Source: the human T2T-CHM13v2.0 reference genome, Homo sapiens. From it: a DNA stretch of 64,000 bases. Below, piece after piece: positions 24,340 through 42,405 of this stretch (the stretch's first letter is position 1; each line of letters begins with the position of its first letter). Under the pieces are notes generated by a model, which saw only the letters and a list, made by a program, of their open reading frames with translations, was not told the DNA's origin and did no database searches. Position numbers and translations under genes: made by a program. Location of the stretch: NCBI RefSeq assembly GCF_009914755.1, contig NC_060937.1. One strand, given 5' to 3'.

Positions 24340-25175
24340 CACATCCCTATTTCCAACCCAAACATTTCTCTTGAGCTTCAGACAGGAGAAGTGTCCAAGT
24401 GTCTGCTAGACCACGCTCTACTTGGTTGCTCAAGGCACCTCACATTCAGTATGTCCAACTCATTACCTTTCTCCAAAAAAAACTCCTCCTGATTCCATGC
24501 TTCCTATCCTATCCCACATTCCCTGCTGGTTTTCCTTTTCCTTCAAAAATCTCCATTAGTCCAAGCATGAAGCACGCACTCCCTCAGAAAGCCTCTTCCA
24601 CTGCATCTCCCCTTCCCCCAACCAGGTCTGCTGTGCAGATCCCTCCCCTGGGTTCCCAGAACTTACTTCAGTCACAACACTTATCATGCTACAGTGTTGT
24701 CTTTTTTAAACTTTTTAAAATTTTTTATTTTTATTTTTTGAGAAAGTCTCACTCTGTCACCCAGGCTGGAGTGCAGCGGTACAATCTCTGCTCACTGCAA
24801 CCTCTGCCTCCCAATTCAAGCGATTCTCATGCCTCAGCCTCCTAAGTAGCTGGGATTATAGGCGTACACCACCGTGCCTGGCTGTTTTTCTATTCTTAGT
24901 AGAGATGGGGTTTTGCCATGTTGGCCAGGCTGGTCTTGAACTCTTGGCCTCAAGCAATCCACCGTCTCAACCTCCCAAAGTGCTGGGACTACAGGCCTGA
25001 GCCACCCACCCCCGGCCTCAGTGTCATCTTCGACTTGCATGTCTGCTTGTCTCTGTCTCCCCTATCATTCATAAGATCTTCGAGCCCAGGAGTCATATCA
25101 TAACTGACTCTGTATCTCCAGCATCTAGTACAGTGCTTGGCATGTAGCTGGGGCTCAACAAATGTTTGATGAAGT
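24340..25175 (+). mobile_element. L2 3' fragment with inserted antisense Alu (24702-25017)
   Basis: L2 end CAGCATCTAGTACAGTGCTTGGCATGTAGCTGGGGCTCAACAAATGTTTG. Confidence 0.7.
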
Positions 25176-25414
25176 CAAGGGCCTACAGAGGAAACTGAGG
25201 GGCACCCAGAGGAATATCAGGGAGGGGGTAAGGGACAAGAAGGGGACAGTGACACGCATGATTCAAAGGGGAGGCCTGATGTGAAGATAAAAGGATAGAA
25301 GGCCTAAGAAACTGGATGTTCTTCAAAAATTCATATTATTACAAGCCTGGGGTTGAAGGGGAAGCAGTGCCCCTTGACTGCCAGTTGGGAGTAGTTTGAG
25401 TATTTACTTAGCTA

Positions 25415-26910
<1,496 letters not shown>

Positions 26911-27720
26911 ACAATTGAAAGTAGTCTTTCCAAATTCAGAGAGAAAACAGGAGAGAAGAGGCAAGGGGAAGGAAGTGGAGGAGAAGAGGAGGAGGAGATT
27001 AGAAGACTGCAAGAAAAATGAGGGGGAAGAATTTTGGGAAATAAAGAGAAGGTAATGAAAGGCAAGCAAACGAGGAAGGAAGGTAGCCAGAGAGTGGGCT
27101 ATGATCTGCTTATAGGCAGGAGACATTTGAAATCACAGAGAACAGCGGGTGGAAAGGCAGTTCAAAAAGAGTGCAAAATTGGGGTAGAGACATGGTTCAC
27201 GGCAGGCTCCAGGGCCTTACCAACGAATGGATCTGGGGTTAGCAACAGAGGAGGCAGTGAGCCTGCAGGACTGCTGCCAGCCCACAGCACGCAGGGTGAG
27301 AATTAGACAAAGACACTCAGGGTGGCTGGCTCGGTTTCAGCCTCCTCTCATCCCCTGGGTTGAATGCCCACATGCAGGGCACAACCTGAACAGCCGTTCT
27401 GAAAGGGACTGACAATGCTACGCTTTGTTTTGAGGAAGGATTTCTGAGGACTTCCTATCTCGACCTTCAGCCTTGGAAGTTTCAGGGGACTTTGTGCAGC
27501 CTGGGAGGGCTGTGCTAGCCGTGACCTCACAAGGGATCCCAGGCCTTTATGCTACTACAATTAGCCAAGAGCCAAGGTAACACGCTAGGTGACTCCAACA
27601 GTGAACAGGGGAGAAAAGGCAGACTTTAAGGGATACAAGTTAAAATAAACAAGAAAACATATATAAGCACATCTTTTCAAATCTTTTTTTTGGTTTGTTT
27701 TTTCTTTAAAAGGAGCATAC

Positions 27721-27848
27721 CGACTTAAATTCCAGAAATTCCATTCCTTTGGCAACTTGATATGCAAAGCAAAGAAGATCTTCAAATGTAAGCACATTCA
27801 AGTCCTCCTCTTCTTCCAGCCTTTTTTGGTTTTCATATTCAATTTCAT
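27721..27848 (-). CDS. FLT3: FLT3 exon 19 (128 nt; EIEYENQKRLEEEEDLNVLTFEDLLCFAYQVAKGMEFLEFKS)
   Basis: Read manually; CAG acceptor, GTATGC donor. Confidence 0.96.
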
Positions 27849-28173
27849 CTGTAAAATAGAGCCAGTCTTCACTTTTGCCAAAACTCTAAGAAGTTGCCTT
27901 ATTAAATCTCTATGGGAAGGTTATTCAAGCCAGAGTTAGGTGAGGTGCTAAGACATGAAGCTATCGCATTATCTTCCCGGCAGCATTAGAGATGACCTGT
28001 TTATGCTGCCTATGAAGGGTCACTGGAGACTTGTTTTGGTTAGAGATAAACTTTGGAACTGCTTTGATGACCGATGACCTCCTGATTGATTAGTCAGGAG
28101 TTTTAGATACTTCTCTTTTGCACTAGGTAGGGCTGTCACAGTGGGAAAGGAATTAATATTAATTGTCTATCCC

Positions 28174-28960
<787 letters not shown>

Positions 28961-29231
28961 CTCATTATCTCTTCCACTTGTCAGGTAATAAGATGGCTGT
29001 AATTAATATATGACTTTAAATGAATAATCTGACCAAATAAAATAGTCCTCAGTGTTTATTAGTTGAATGTTGACATAAAATCTACAGTATACAAACTGGC
29101 TTTTAGCTATCATCTGACAATTAGCAAATTTTAAAATGCTTTTGTGTTTACACACTTTTAAAAAATAGCTAACATAAAACTTTTGCATTCATTTCCATTT
29201 TAAAGTGCTACTACTTAGAATAAAATATTAC

Positions 29232-29314
29232 CTTCAGAGTGAAATGAATTCCCATGAAGCCCTGAGATTTGATCCGAGTCCGGGTGTATCTGAACTTCTC
29301 TTGAACCAGGCATG
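29232..29314 (-). CDS. FLT3: FLT3 exon 18 (83 nt; kinase insert MPGSREVQIHPDSDQISGLHGNSFHSE)
   Basis: TAG acceptor, GTAATA donor; phase fits exons 17 and 19. Confidence 0.95.
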
Positions 29315-30440
29315 CTATTAAAAAATTTTGTTTTTTCATTATTTACATTATTCTTCTCAGCAGACATTTTATTTTAAAAATGTAATTCATCAAATAAATG
29401 GATTCCAGTTATAAATTGACTTTTAAATTAAAAGCACACCATCCATTTGTCCATTTTTTGTGTACATTAAAAACATCTGTGTAACTGGGCTTGCCAGTCT
29501 AAGATAAAAGTAATCCCTGTTTTCCATATAGAATCTTACAGTTCAAAAAGGACCTCACTCAATCCTTGCCACAACCTATGAGATGGGTGGCATTTTATAA
29601 AAGAGAAATTAGGCACAGTGAGATAAATATGATTCGAGTGGAACCAGGACTCACATCGATCTCATTCTTTGGTTTCTGAACTCAGCCCACTTTCCCTCAC
29701 ATAATACAGATCTTCCCGAGAGTCCCGTAAGCGTTTCACCATCCTTCTTTTTTCCAGTTTGCCTTTGTAAAGCTCATTTCTTTTTACTGTGAAATTAATA
29801 AATAGCAATAATACAAATCTCTTTTAAGGTATATAAAAATTCTTCCCTGAGGAGCTCTGTAGGAATTATAAGTAGATCACGATTCAATTTATTCTAATAT
29901 ACGAGTTTAACCCAATTTACAATTTACATATCTTTAGGAAATGGCTTCATGCTTTCAGACCACAAATATTCCAAAAGGAATAATTTCAGTGTATTTAATA
30001 TTCCAGTGAACAGAACGAATCAAAGGGGCTAAGTACTGACCAGTGGATACTGGTCACACACATCGGACTCAGTAGGATAGCCCCTCTGTTCCAGAATATG
30101 AGTGGCTTTATAGAGTTCTCATTTCTAGACGATGAGCTGGGAAATGAATGTAAAGGAGAGGACGGTGTGACGGGCATGCATAGGTTAAGGGCAGCTGCAC
30201 ACGGACGTGCATGGGGATCTCCGTGGGGCCTGGTGGCTTTAAGACACTGGGTCTGTGTCTCAGACCTGGAAGGCCAGAGGCCTGCACTTAAAACTTACAT
30301 TCTAAGAAAACAAAGCCGGGACTCTCAAATGTATCCCTAAAAAGCCCCTGGTAAAGAAAAAAGTCTCCAATAAACAAATACCCTTCAGAATAAGGGAGAA
30401 CTTCCATACAGGGAGGGAAATAAGAACGCGCCAAGGCTCA

Positions 30441-30758
<318 letters not shown>

Positions 30759-31455
30759 TCAACGAATGCCTCCATCAGAATGCCTGGGAATCCATTCAGA
30801 GAAAGGTGCTACAAAGCCATGATGCTCAAGTAATTAGCAAGAAAGTTCAAGGATGAGGAGGAGATCCAGCAAACTCCTACAGCCCTCATTTATGCCCGCT
30901 AAAGCAATAAATCCCTGCAGGACCAAGCATCTCTCAGGATCCCCATGGATGCGGAGGATAAACAGAGCAGAGACAAGGTTACTGCTACTTTACTGTGTCC
31001 CCATCACGTGTCGATCAATCCATCCTAATATCTTAGAATCCAATTTGAGTTCAGCGTTCTTTTGCGCAATAGTCCCAGGACCCGAGCTGCTCTCTTTGCA
31101 TATGTTAAGGACTTTGGAAAAAGTCTTCATTCTTTCTACCAATACCTGTGAGGCAACCAGGTGTCCTGAAAGACCGAATAATGCACCTTTCCCCAAACCA
31201 AATAGGCGTCTATGGTGTGATGCAGGCATGGGTGGAGAGAGACTAGCTCAGCTATAGTACCTGTACTGAAGGAAAGGGACAGGACTCGTTCCATGTCAAC
31301 AGGGAAACTATAGCAAAGATTCAGGAAATCTCTAGGTTGCAGGACCCACAGACTTCACGGTGCCTTTAGAAACTGGTCAACGAAGTGTGTTTGAACAGCA
31401 CACTTTGCCTACGTTCTATGATGTGTAATTACGAAACCCTGACCCAGCCTCTTAC

Positions 31456-31609
31456 CTGGAATTTGGATGTGATTGGAAAGTGGGGTAAAAACTGAAATTG
31501 TGTTCCTTGAAAATCTCTGTCCAAGTCCTGTGAAATTTTTCTCTTTTACTTCTTAGATAGTTGAGAAGATCACCATAGCAACAGTATTCAAAAATCAAGT
31601 AAATTGGTC
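31456..31609 (-). CDS. FLT3: FLT3 exon 17 (154 nt; [50 protein letters not shown])
   Basis: Gatekeeper F691 region; CAG acceptor, GTAAGA donor. Confidence 0.97.
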
Positions 31610-32454
31610 CTGAAATAGTTACAGTTTCAATTATAGGCATACACAAAGCAAACTGTTATTTCAGAAGTCTATGTAGCAGACAACATACTCTTAGGAGGGC
31701 TTGGTTCTCTGCTGACTTGGGGACAGTACAACTTTTTCTGAGCCTAGCTCTTCTTATACTTTAAATTCAGTTTCAGCTTTTGCTCAAATTTCTTTGGAAA
31801 GCAGCATCTTCTTGACATTCTCTGTGGCCCTTTTTTGTATGTGTGGCCTCACCAATACCACTGGCCTCCTGGATTCTCCAGTTGGCAACTGAAAGTAATG
31901 TTCTAGCTGTGTATTATAGGTGAACACTTGGTAACTATATGCTGATTTGCTGTTTGCTTGAGGAGGGAGAAATATATTCCCAGTCCTCTCTCAGATTCAC
32001 TTTCCTCTTTTTCCTTTTAGTACCAGCCCCAGGCCTGCTGCTGCAGAAAGAATGAACCTTGGGCACATCATTTGGGTATTTCTAGGCAGAAGAGAGAAGA
32101 TCAGAGGGCATGCCCCAGAGAATTCTGGGAAAGTAAAGTCTGATATCCTAGCTAGGCTGTGCCGTATTTGACGGCAGCCCAACTGGGGCAGTGGCCAGGC
32201 TCTGTAACCACTCTCACCACGCCTGTGCACCAGCTTCCAAGCTGGGAGAGAAGCACAGACACCACCAAATGTACTTGCAATGTTGTTGTTGTTGTTGTTT
32301 TTAAGCAGGTGAGAATTATGCAATATATCACGATAAAGCAGATGAATGAGGCATTCTTTATTTTGACCCCTCTGATTTATAGAGTGCTCAGTGTCTAATT
32401 CCACTTGGGTTTGAGAGTTCACACTGTGACTGAGAAAAGACAAAGAATTAAAAA

Positions 32455-32473
32455 GAGAGAGAGAGAGAGAGAG
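32455..32473. repeat. (GA)n microsatellite
   Basis: Visible AG run ~70 nt from the exon 16 donor. Confidence 0.85.
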
Positions 32474-32539
32474 CAAACATCCTCTTTGTCATCAAGCTAC
32501 AGTCTTTTTGATGAGGTGATTTTCGTGGAAGTGGGTTAC

Positions 32540-32650
32540 CTGACAGTGTGCACGCCCCCAGCAGGTTCACAATATTCTCGTGGCTTCCCAGCTGGGTCAT
32601 CATCTTGAGTTCTGACATGAGTGCCTCTCTTTCAGAGCTGTCTGCTTTTT
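32540..32650 (-). CDS. FLT3: FLT3 exon 16 (111 nt; [36 protein letters not shown])
   Basis: alphaC helix and [11 protein letters not shown] motif; CAG acceptor, GTAACC donor. Confidence 0.97.
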
Positions 32651-32769
32651 CTGTCAAAGAAAGGAGCATTAAAAATGTAAAACTCAAGTAAAATACGAAT
32701 TTTATGTCATTAAATAAAATTTTTCTCAGCTCAGAGTCAATCTGCATTATTTATTTAAATTCAAAATTA

Positions 32770-33790
<1,021 letters not shown>

Positions 33791-34764
33791 TATAGTATAA
33801 ATGTTGAATCTGGTAATGCACCTTTCAACAGGACTTTCCTCTACCTACCAAAATAAAAATCCTTACAGTTGGCCCTCAAAACAAACAAACAAAATAATAA
33901 CACATGCTTTTCCTCCTCAGTACAAGTTAACAGAAGGGAGAAACGTCCTTTTTGTTTGTTTGTTTGAACTCTTGGATCTGTTGTAGTCAGAGAGAGATAA
34001 CAGTGTCGTGAGCATGGTTGACTCTAGCCTGTGGCCCTCAGGTCTAGAACATTAGATTTGCCAGCAAGTCCAATGGGAGAAGGTCAAAGAGGACTAATTC
34101 CCACTATCAGGTGCTCAAGAGACCCATTAATTGACATTGAGAAATAAAACTGCCAAGCAGGCTAGAACATATTGGTTGGCCAATGCATTCTCTCTCTAGG
34201 GAAAATTCCAGATAGCTCAGCAAACTGTACTTATAAGCTGACTTAGAAGCACAGTGTGAGGAAAGTCGCTATGGAATCCAAGGGCTCCCGTCATTGCGGC
34301 TCATGTGCAGTTGGTCAGGGCAGCCCGGGCAGCCACAGGGGCAAGGGCAGGGTCTCTGGACTTCCCTCTCCAGGCTCCAGGCACCACCCCTCTGTGAACA
34401 GACTTTTTCTTCCAGATATAGTAACTCTTCTTTACATTCAGTGAAGATTTGGTTCGATTGCCAGGTTCCATTATTTTGTCCAGGAAGGCATCCTAACCTT
34501 TATAGTGGCTTCTCCGGTGCTGACATCCTCTATTTTGGTTTGGGCAAGCTCTCAGGGGTATCCTTGTTTCCAAGATTTTAGCTTGGGGGTGGGATTTCCT
34601 GTGGGCACTGGGACCCCCTAATACATCATGTCTTCAGCTTCACGCTGGACAGGGATTCGGGGCTTTACTTGTTCATGTCCTATTCCTCATGGCTAAAATA
34701 ATATCTTACATTTTTTAGCATGCTTAGCTTCTTCTAAGCATTTTCATGTACCATTACCTCTTTC

Positions 34765-37350
<2,586 letters not shown>

Positions 37351-37418
37351 GGATGGAGCAACGAAGTGAGGATACAAAGGGCCCCAGTTTTCTCTCCTAC
37401 CCAGAGTCTGTTTCAACC

Positions 37419-38050
37419 CACACCTGTAATCCCAGCACTTTAGGAGGCCAAGGCAGCCTCACTTGAGCCAGGAGTTTGCAACCATCCTGGGCAATATGGT
37501 GAGACACCGTATCTACCAAAAAAAAAAAAAATTAGCCAATTGTCTTGGCACACTCCTGTGAGGCTGAGGTGAGAGCATTGCTAGAGCCAAGGAGGTCGAG
37601 GCTGCAGTGAGCTATGATCACAGCACTCTAGCCTGGGTAACAGAGCAAGATCCTGTCTCTAAAAATAAAACAAAATAAAACAACACAAATGTAAGAAAGA
37701 ACTTCTGCCTGTGGCAACTGTATCCCCAAATATCAAAGCCTATAAAAACTAAATAGGCCTGGCACAGTGGCTCACGCCTGTAATCCCAACACTTTGGGAG
37801 GCCGAGGCGGGCAGATAGTTTGAGCTCAGGAGTCCCAGATCAGCCTAGGCAACATGGTGAAACCCCGTCTCTACCAAAAATAAAAAACTTAGCTGAGCGT
37901 GGTGGTGCACGCCTGTAGCCCCAGCTGCTGAGGAGCCTGAGCCCAGGGGGTGGAGGCTGCAGTGAGCCATGATCACACTACTGTACTCCAGCCTAGGTGA
38001 CAGAGTGAGACCCTGTCTCAAAAAAATAAAAGAAAATAAAAATAAACAAA
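37419..38050 (+). mobile_element. Two degenerate sense AluJ-like elements
   Basis: Alu consensus with deletions. Confidence 0.85.
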
Positions 38051-38260
38051 GAGAGAAGTGGAAGAAGAGGTGGAGTTTTGTATTTATGACTTGAATTTTG
38101 TATTCATGACTGGGTTGACACCCCAATCCACTCCATTTTTAGCCTTGAAACAAGGCAAACAGTAACCATTAAAAGGATGGAAAAGAGAAGAAGGCATGGG
38201 TGGGAAACTGTGCCTCCCATTTTTGGGCATCTTTGTTGCTGTCCTTCCACTATACTGTAC

Positions 38261-38365
38261 CTTTCAGCATTTTGACGGCAACCTGGATTGAGACTCCTGT
38301 TTTGCTAATTCCATAAGCTGTTGCGTTCATCACTTTTCCAAAAGCACCTGATCCTAGTACCTTCC
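38261..38365 (-). CDS. FLT3: FLT3 exon 15 (105 nt; [34 protein letters not shown])
   Basis: Gly-rich loop and VAVK catalytic lysine; CAG acceptor, GTACAG donor. Confidence 0.98.
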
Positions 38366-38380
38366 CTGCAAAGACAAATG

Positions 38381-38387
38381 GTGAGTA
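38381..38387 (-). promoter_or_regulatory. Branch point TACTCAC of intron 14
   Basis: yUnAy consensus ~17 nt upstream of the TTTGTCTTTGCAG acceptor. Confidence 0.6.
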
Positions 38388-38455
38388 CGTGCATTTTAAA
38401 GATTTTCCAATGGAAAAGAAATGCTGCAGAAACATTTGGCACATTCCATTCTTAC

Positions 38456-38588
38456 CAAACTCTAAATTTTCTCTTGGAAACTCCCATTTGAGATCATATT
38501 CATATTCTCTGAAATCAACGTAGAAGTACTCATTATCTGAGGAGCCGGTCACCTGTACCATCTGTAGCTGGCTTTCATACCTAAATTG
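38456..38588 (-). CDS. FLT3: FLT3 exon 14, juxtamembrane domain and ITD hotspot (133 nt; [44 protein letters not shown])
   Basis: AAG acceptor, GTAAGA donor; no duplication present. Confidence 0.98.
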
Positions 38589-38674
38589 CTTCAGAGATGA
38601 AATGATGAGTCAGTTAGGAATAGGCAGTTCTGCAGATAGAGGAAAGAATAATGAATTTTTACCTTTGCTTTTAC

Positions 38675-38781
38675 CTTTTTGTACTTGTGACAAATTAGCA
38701 GGGTTAAAACGACAATGAAGAGGAGACAAACACCAATTGTTGCATAGAATGAGATGTTGTCTTGGATGAAAGGGAAGGGGC
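38675..38781 (-). CDS. FLT3: FLT3 exon 13, transmembrane helix (107 nt; PFPFIQDNISFYATIGVCLLFIVVLTLLICHKYKK)
   Basis: Hydrophobic stretch followed by basic stop-transfer; CAG acceptor, GTAAAA donor. Confidence 0.97.
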
Positions 38782-39174
38782 CTGCAACAAAAGAGTGTCA
38801 CTCAGCGATGAAACAGAATTCCTGTGTGACATTATAAATAGTGGACAACTCATTATAATCTCTCACATCCTGTTTCAGTAATAATCATTTTCAGTCCTAA
38901 CAACCACTCTACATATACTCTACTCCCCACAGACAATCAGGCAATGTCCCTGTAAAGGATACATTTCCTCCCTAGAAAATTGCGGATTATTCTCAATCCA
39001 TTCTTTAAAACCATTTACTAGGGTAAATTTACAAGAATTACATCTGGGCCAGGCACGATGGCTCACGCCTGTAGTCCCAGCACTTTGGGAGGCCAAGATG
39101 GGAGGATCACTTGAGTCCAAGAATTAGACACCAGCCCAGGCAACACAGTGAAATCCCGTCTCTAAAAAAATTCA

Positions 39175-39390
<216 letters not shown>

Positions 39391-39870
39391 TTATGAAGGT
39401 CGCACATGAAAGTGGAGAAGTCAGTTTTGTGAGGTTGGTGATCCTAACTACTAGGGTGGGCAGCCAGGTTTCACAACTGTTTAACTTAGGAGGGCTCTAA
39501 AAAGCAAACCAAAAATTATAAAACAGCAAGCTGAGGGCAAATAAGGAGGCTAATCAAAAGGGAAAATGACAGAGACTCCAAGTGACAAAATCTGTTTCTC
39601 TAGAGTTAGATCTTTCCATGGAGATTCACCACACCGGCAGTTTCTGCTTCTCCCGGTCACTGTGACACATGAGTCACAAGGGCACAGGGAGGACTCCGCC
39701 CCAACCTGTGAAACAGTCTCTCTGGGGATTCTTGCCTGACTCAAGAAACCTTTTCTCACACACTGACCCTATACTCTCCTGTAAAATTCCCCAAGTAAAA
39801 GTCAGCGATGGGGACTAACTTCTAGTGGGGAATTCCTGATGGTGGAATATCACAAGAACAACTGTTGTAC

Positions 39871-40049
39871 CTGGAGAGTTTAAAAGGATCGTCTCACAAG
39901 ATGTGCCAAGGGAATTGTATGCACAGCACTTGACCAGGAACCCTTTTATGGCTTCACTCATGTTTAGAGTACTGCTCGACACCCACTGTCCAAACACTTT
40001 TCTGTTAGCCTTTCTATTCCAGACTCCTTCTGTGATCTCTTCTGTGCAG
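39871..40049 (-). CDS. FLT3: FLT3 exon 12 (179 nt; Ig-like D5, CTEEITEGVWNRKANRK...CETILLNSP)
   Basis: ORF track 39815..40093; CAG acceptor, GTACAA donor. Confidence 0.97.
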
Positions 40050-40309
40050 CTGAAAAAAAAAATGGCAAAGAATTTAGACAGGTGTGCTGTCATCAGATTG
40101 GAAGTTAGGATTTCTGCAGCGAGTTCTAAAAGAGATTCATCCAGTATAAGTTATCAGAAACAGTCTATGACTATTGAGAGTTATGGTTGATTGAGAAGGT
40201 TAGCATTTTAAATATTTCATCATTTCCTCCTAAACCGTATTCATGAAAGAGTCAATAGGTCAGAGAGTTTTATGTTCTTCCATTATAAGAGGCATCAATG
40301 TCCTTATTA

Positions 40310-40591
<282 letters not shown>

Positions 40592-41560
40592 TCATGGAGT
40601 ATGGTACTTTCTGGAAATAGTTTCAAAGTTGCCTACAGTACAGGCTACCCATTTACTCCAGGGCAGTTTGTGCTTCTGGGAGGATTTCTCATTTAGGATG
40701 CCTCCAGACCTCTGGTAATTTCTTCTTTCCTCCTTGCCATGCAACCTCCTTGCCATGCAACCTCTCTGCTACACACCATTTTTCCATTGCCAGCCTCTCC
40801 CTGGAGAGAGCTGAGGTACAGACCTCCACCTGTTTGCATGCCTTAAAATGATTCTTAGCTTCAGGAGAAGTTGGACTTCTCATTGTTTTATAAGCCAAAG
40901 AAATGAAAATTATTAAAAACAAATAAATGAGAGATAAAATGACTTTCAGCCTTTCCTTAACATGACCTTTCAAAATACTAAAATCAATAAAGTCATAACA
41001 CTAATTCATATTCAGAGACAATGTGAAATAAGTCTTTCAGCTTCTGATGATACACACAGAAAGAGATATATGGCCAGGTTCAGTGGCTCTCGCCTGTAAT
41101 CCTAGCACTTTGGGAGGCCAAGGTATGAGGATCCCTTAAGGCCAGGAGTTTGAGACCAACCTCGGCAACAAAGGGAGGCCCCCTCTCTACAAAAATGGTT
41201 TTAAAATTAGCTGAGCATGGTGGCGCGTGCCTGTAGTCCCAGCTACTCGGGAGGCTTAGGAGGATCACTTGAGCCCAGGAGTTTGAAGCTACAGGGATCT
41301 ATGATTGTGCCATGGCACCCCAGCCTGCGTGGTAGAGTGAGACCTGGTCTTAAAAATGAAACAGAACAAAATAACATAAAAAATAAAGAGATATATGATC
41401 AATGCCAGTAGATATGAGAGTAAAGTTTCAAAACACTTCAGCGTACAAAAACAGTTTTGTAGTAGCCCTTCTAAGCCATTACTTAACTTTTCCTAGTTAA
41501 GACTAATAAAAAATTAAGGAATTAAAAAATAAAAATCAAATTCTCGGCAATTTAACTTAC

Positions 41561-41664
41561 TTCTTATATTCAGCGTGAACATTTTGGTAAATTGGGCATC
41601 ATCATTTTCTGCATGGAATATATATTCTCCTGGCTGGTGCTTATGATTGCAAAACTTGGATATG
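41561..41664 (-). CDS. FLT3: FLT3 exon 10 (104 nt; ISKFCNHKHQPGEYIFHAENDDAQFTKMFTLNIR)
   Basis: CAG acceptor, GTAAGT donor. Confidence 0.97.
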
Positions 41665-41807
41665 CTGTTTGAAAAAGAATTAAAGACAGATTTAGCCCAA
41701 TTGCTACAGGAGATGCTGCAACTAATGACAGTGTGCATGGGAGGTGTCTTCCTTGAAATGCTCCTCACTTGCTAAAGTTCACTGGAAAAGGAAATGTCCA
41801 TATTGTA

Positions 41808-41985
41808 GACCCTTGCTACTCAAAGTGTGGTCCACAGACAGGCAGCATCAACATCGCCATTGGTATCATCTGGGAGCTTGTTACAATTGCAAGATTTCAG
41901 GTCCCTTTCAAATCACTGACTCAGAATCTGCATTTTAAGATGATCACCGTGTGAGTCATATGCCCATTGGGAGTTGAGATTGGCC
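41808..41985 (+). mobile_element. MER5A (hAT-Charlie)
   Basis: CTACTCAAAGTGTGGTCC...ACTGACTCAGAATCTGCATTTTAA. Confidence 0.75.
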
Positions 41986-42077
41986 GAAGATTCTCAGTGA
42001 GACCAGGAAGTTCCTGCCCCTCTTGCTCTGGATAGTCTAACTTCTCAGAACTTGTGCAGGTGGAGAAGCCTGTAGTT

Positions 42078-42405
42078 CAGAGGTCCCCAGCCCCCCAGCC
42101 TCTAGACTGGTAACTGTCCATGGCCTATTAGGAAAGGGGCCACACAGCAGGAAGTGAGCAGCAGGCAAGAGAGCTTTACCGCTTCCTGTCAGATCAGCAG
42201 AGGGATTAGATTCCCACAGGAGCGGAAACCCCACTGTGAATTGCACACGCCAGGGATCTAGGTTGTGCGTTCCTTAAGAGAATCTAATCCCCGATGATCT
42301 GAGATAGAACAGTTTCATCCCGAAACCATCCCCCTACCCCCAATCTATGGAAAAATTGTCTTCCACAAAATGGATCCTTGGTGCCAAAAACGTTGGGGAC
42401 TGCTG
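42078..42405. mobile_element. MER1B (hAT-Charlie DNA transposon)
   Basis: TIR-like ends CAGAGGTCCCCA and TTGGGGACTGCTG; 8-bp TSD CTGTAGTT/CTGTAGCT. Confidence 0.85.

Noticed and set aside
23821-24845. Overlapping 124-179 aa ORFs in intron 19
   Set aside because: C-rich low-complexity and L2-derived sequence; no domain or splice architecture recognised.
30760-31260. Unique stretch with a 134-aa antisense ORF, considered as a processed pseudogene or nested gene
   Set aside because: No recognisable protein, poly-A tail or TSD; a BLAST/conservation check would be needed to exclude it fully.
38456-38588. Possible FLT3-ITD or kinase-domain mutation
   Set aside because: Exon 14 is 133 nt, intron 14 is 90 nt and exon 15 is 105 nt with no duplication; D835, I836, F691 and N676 read wild type.
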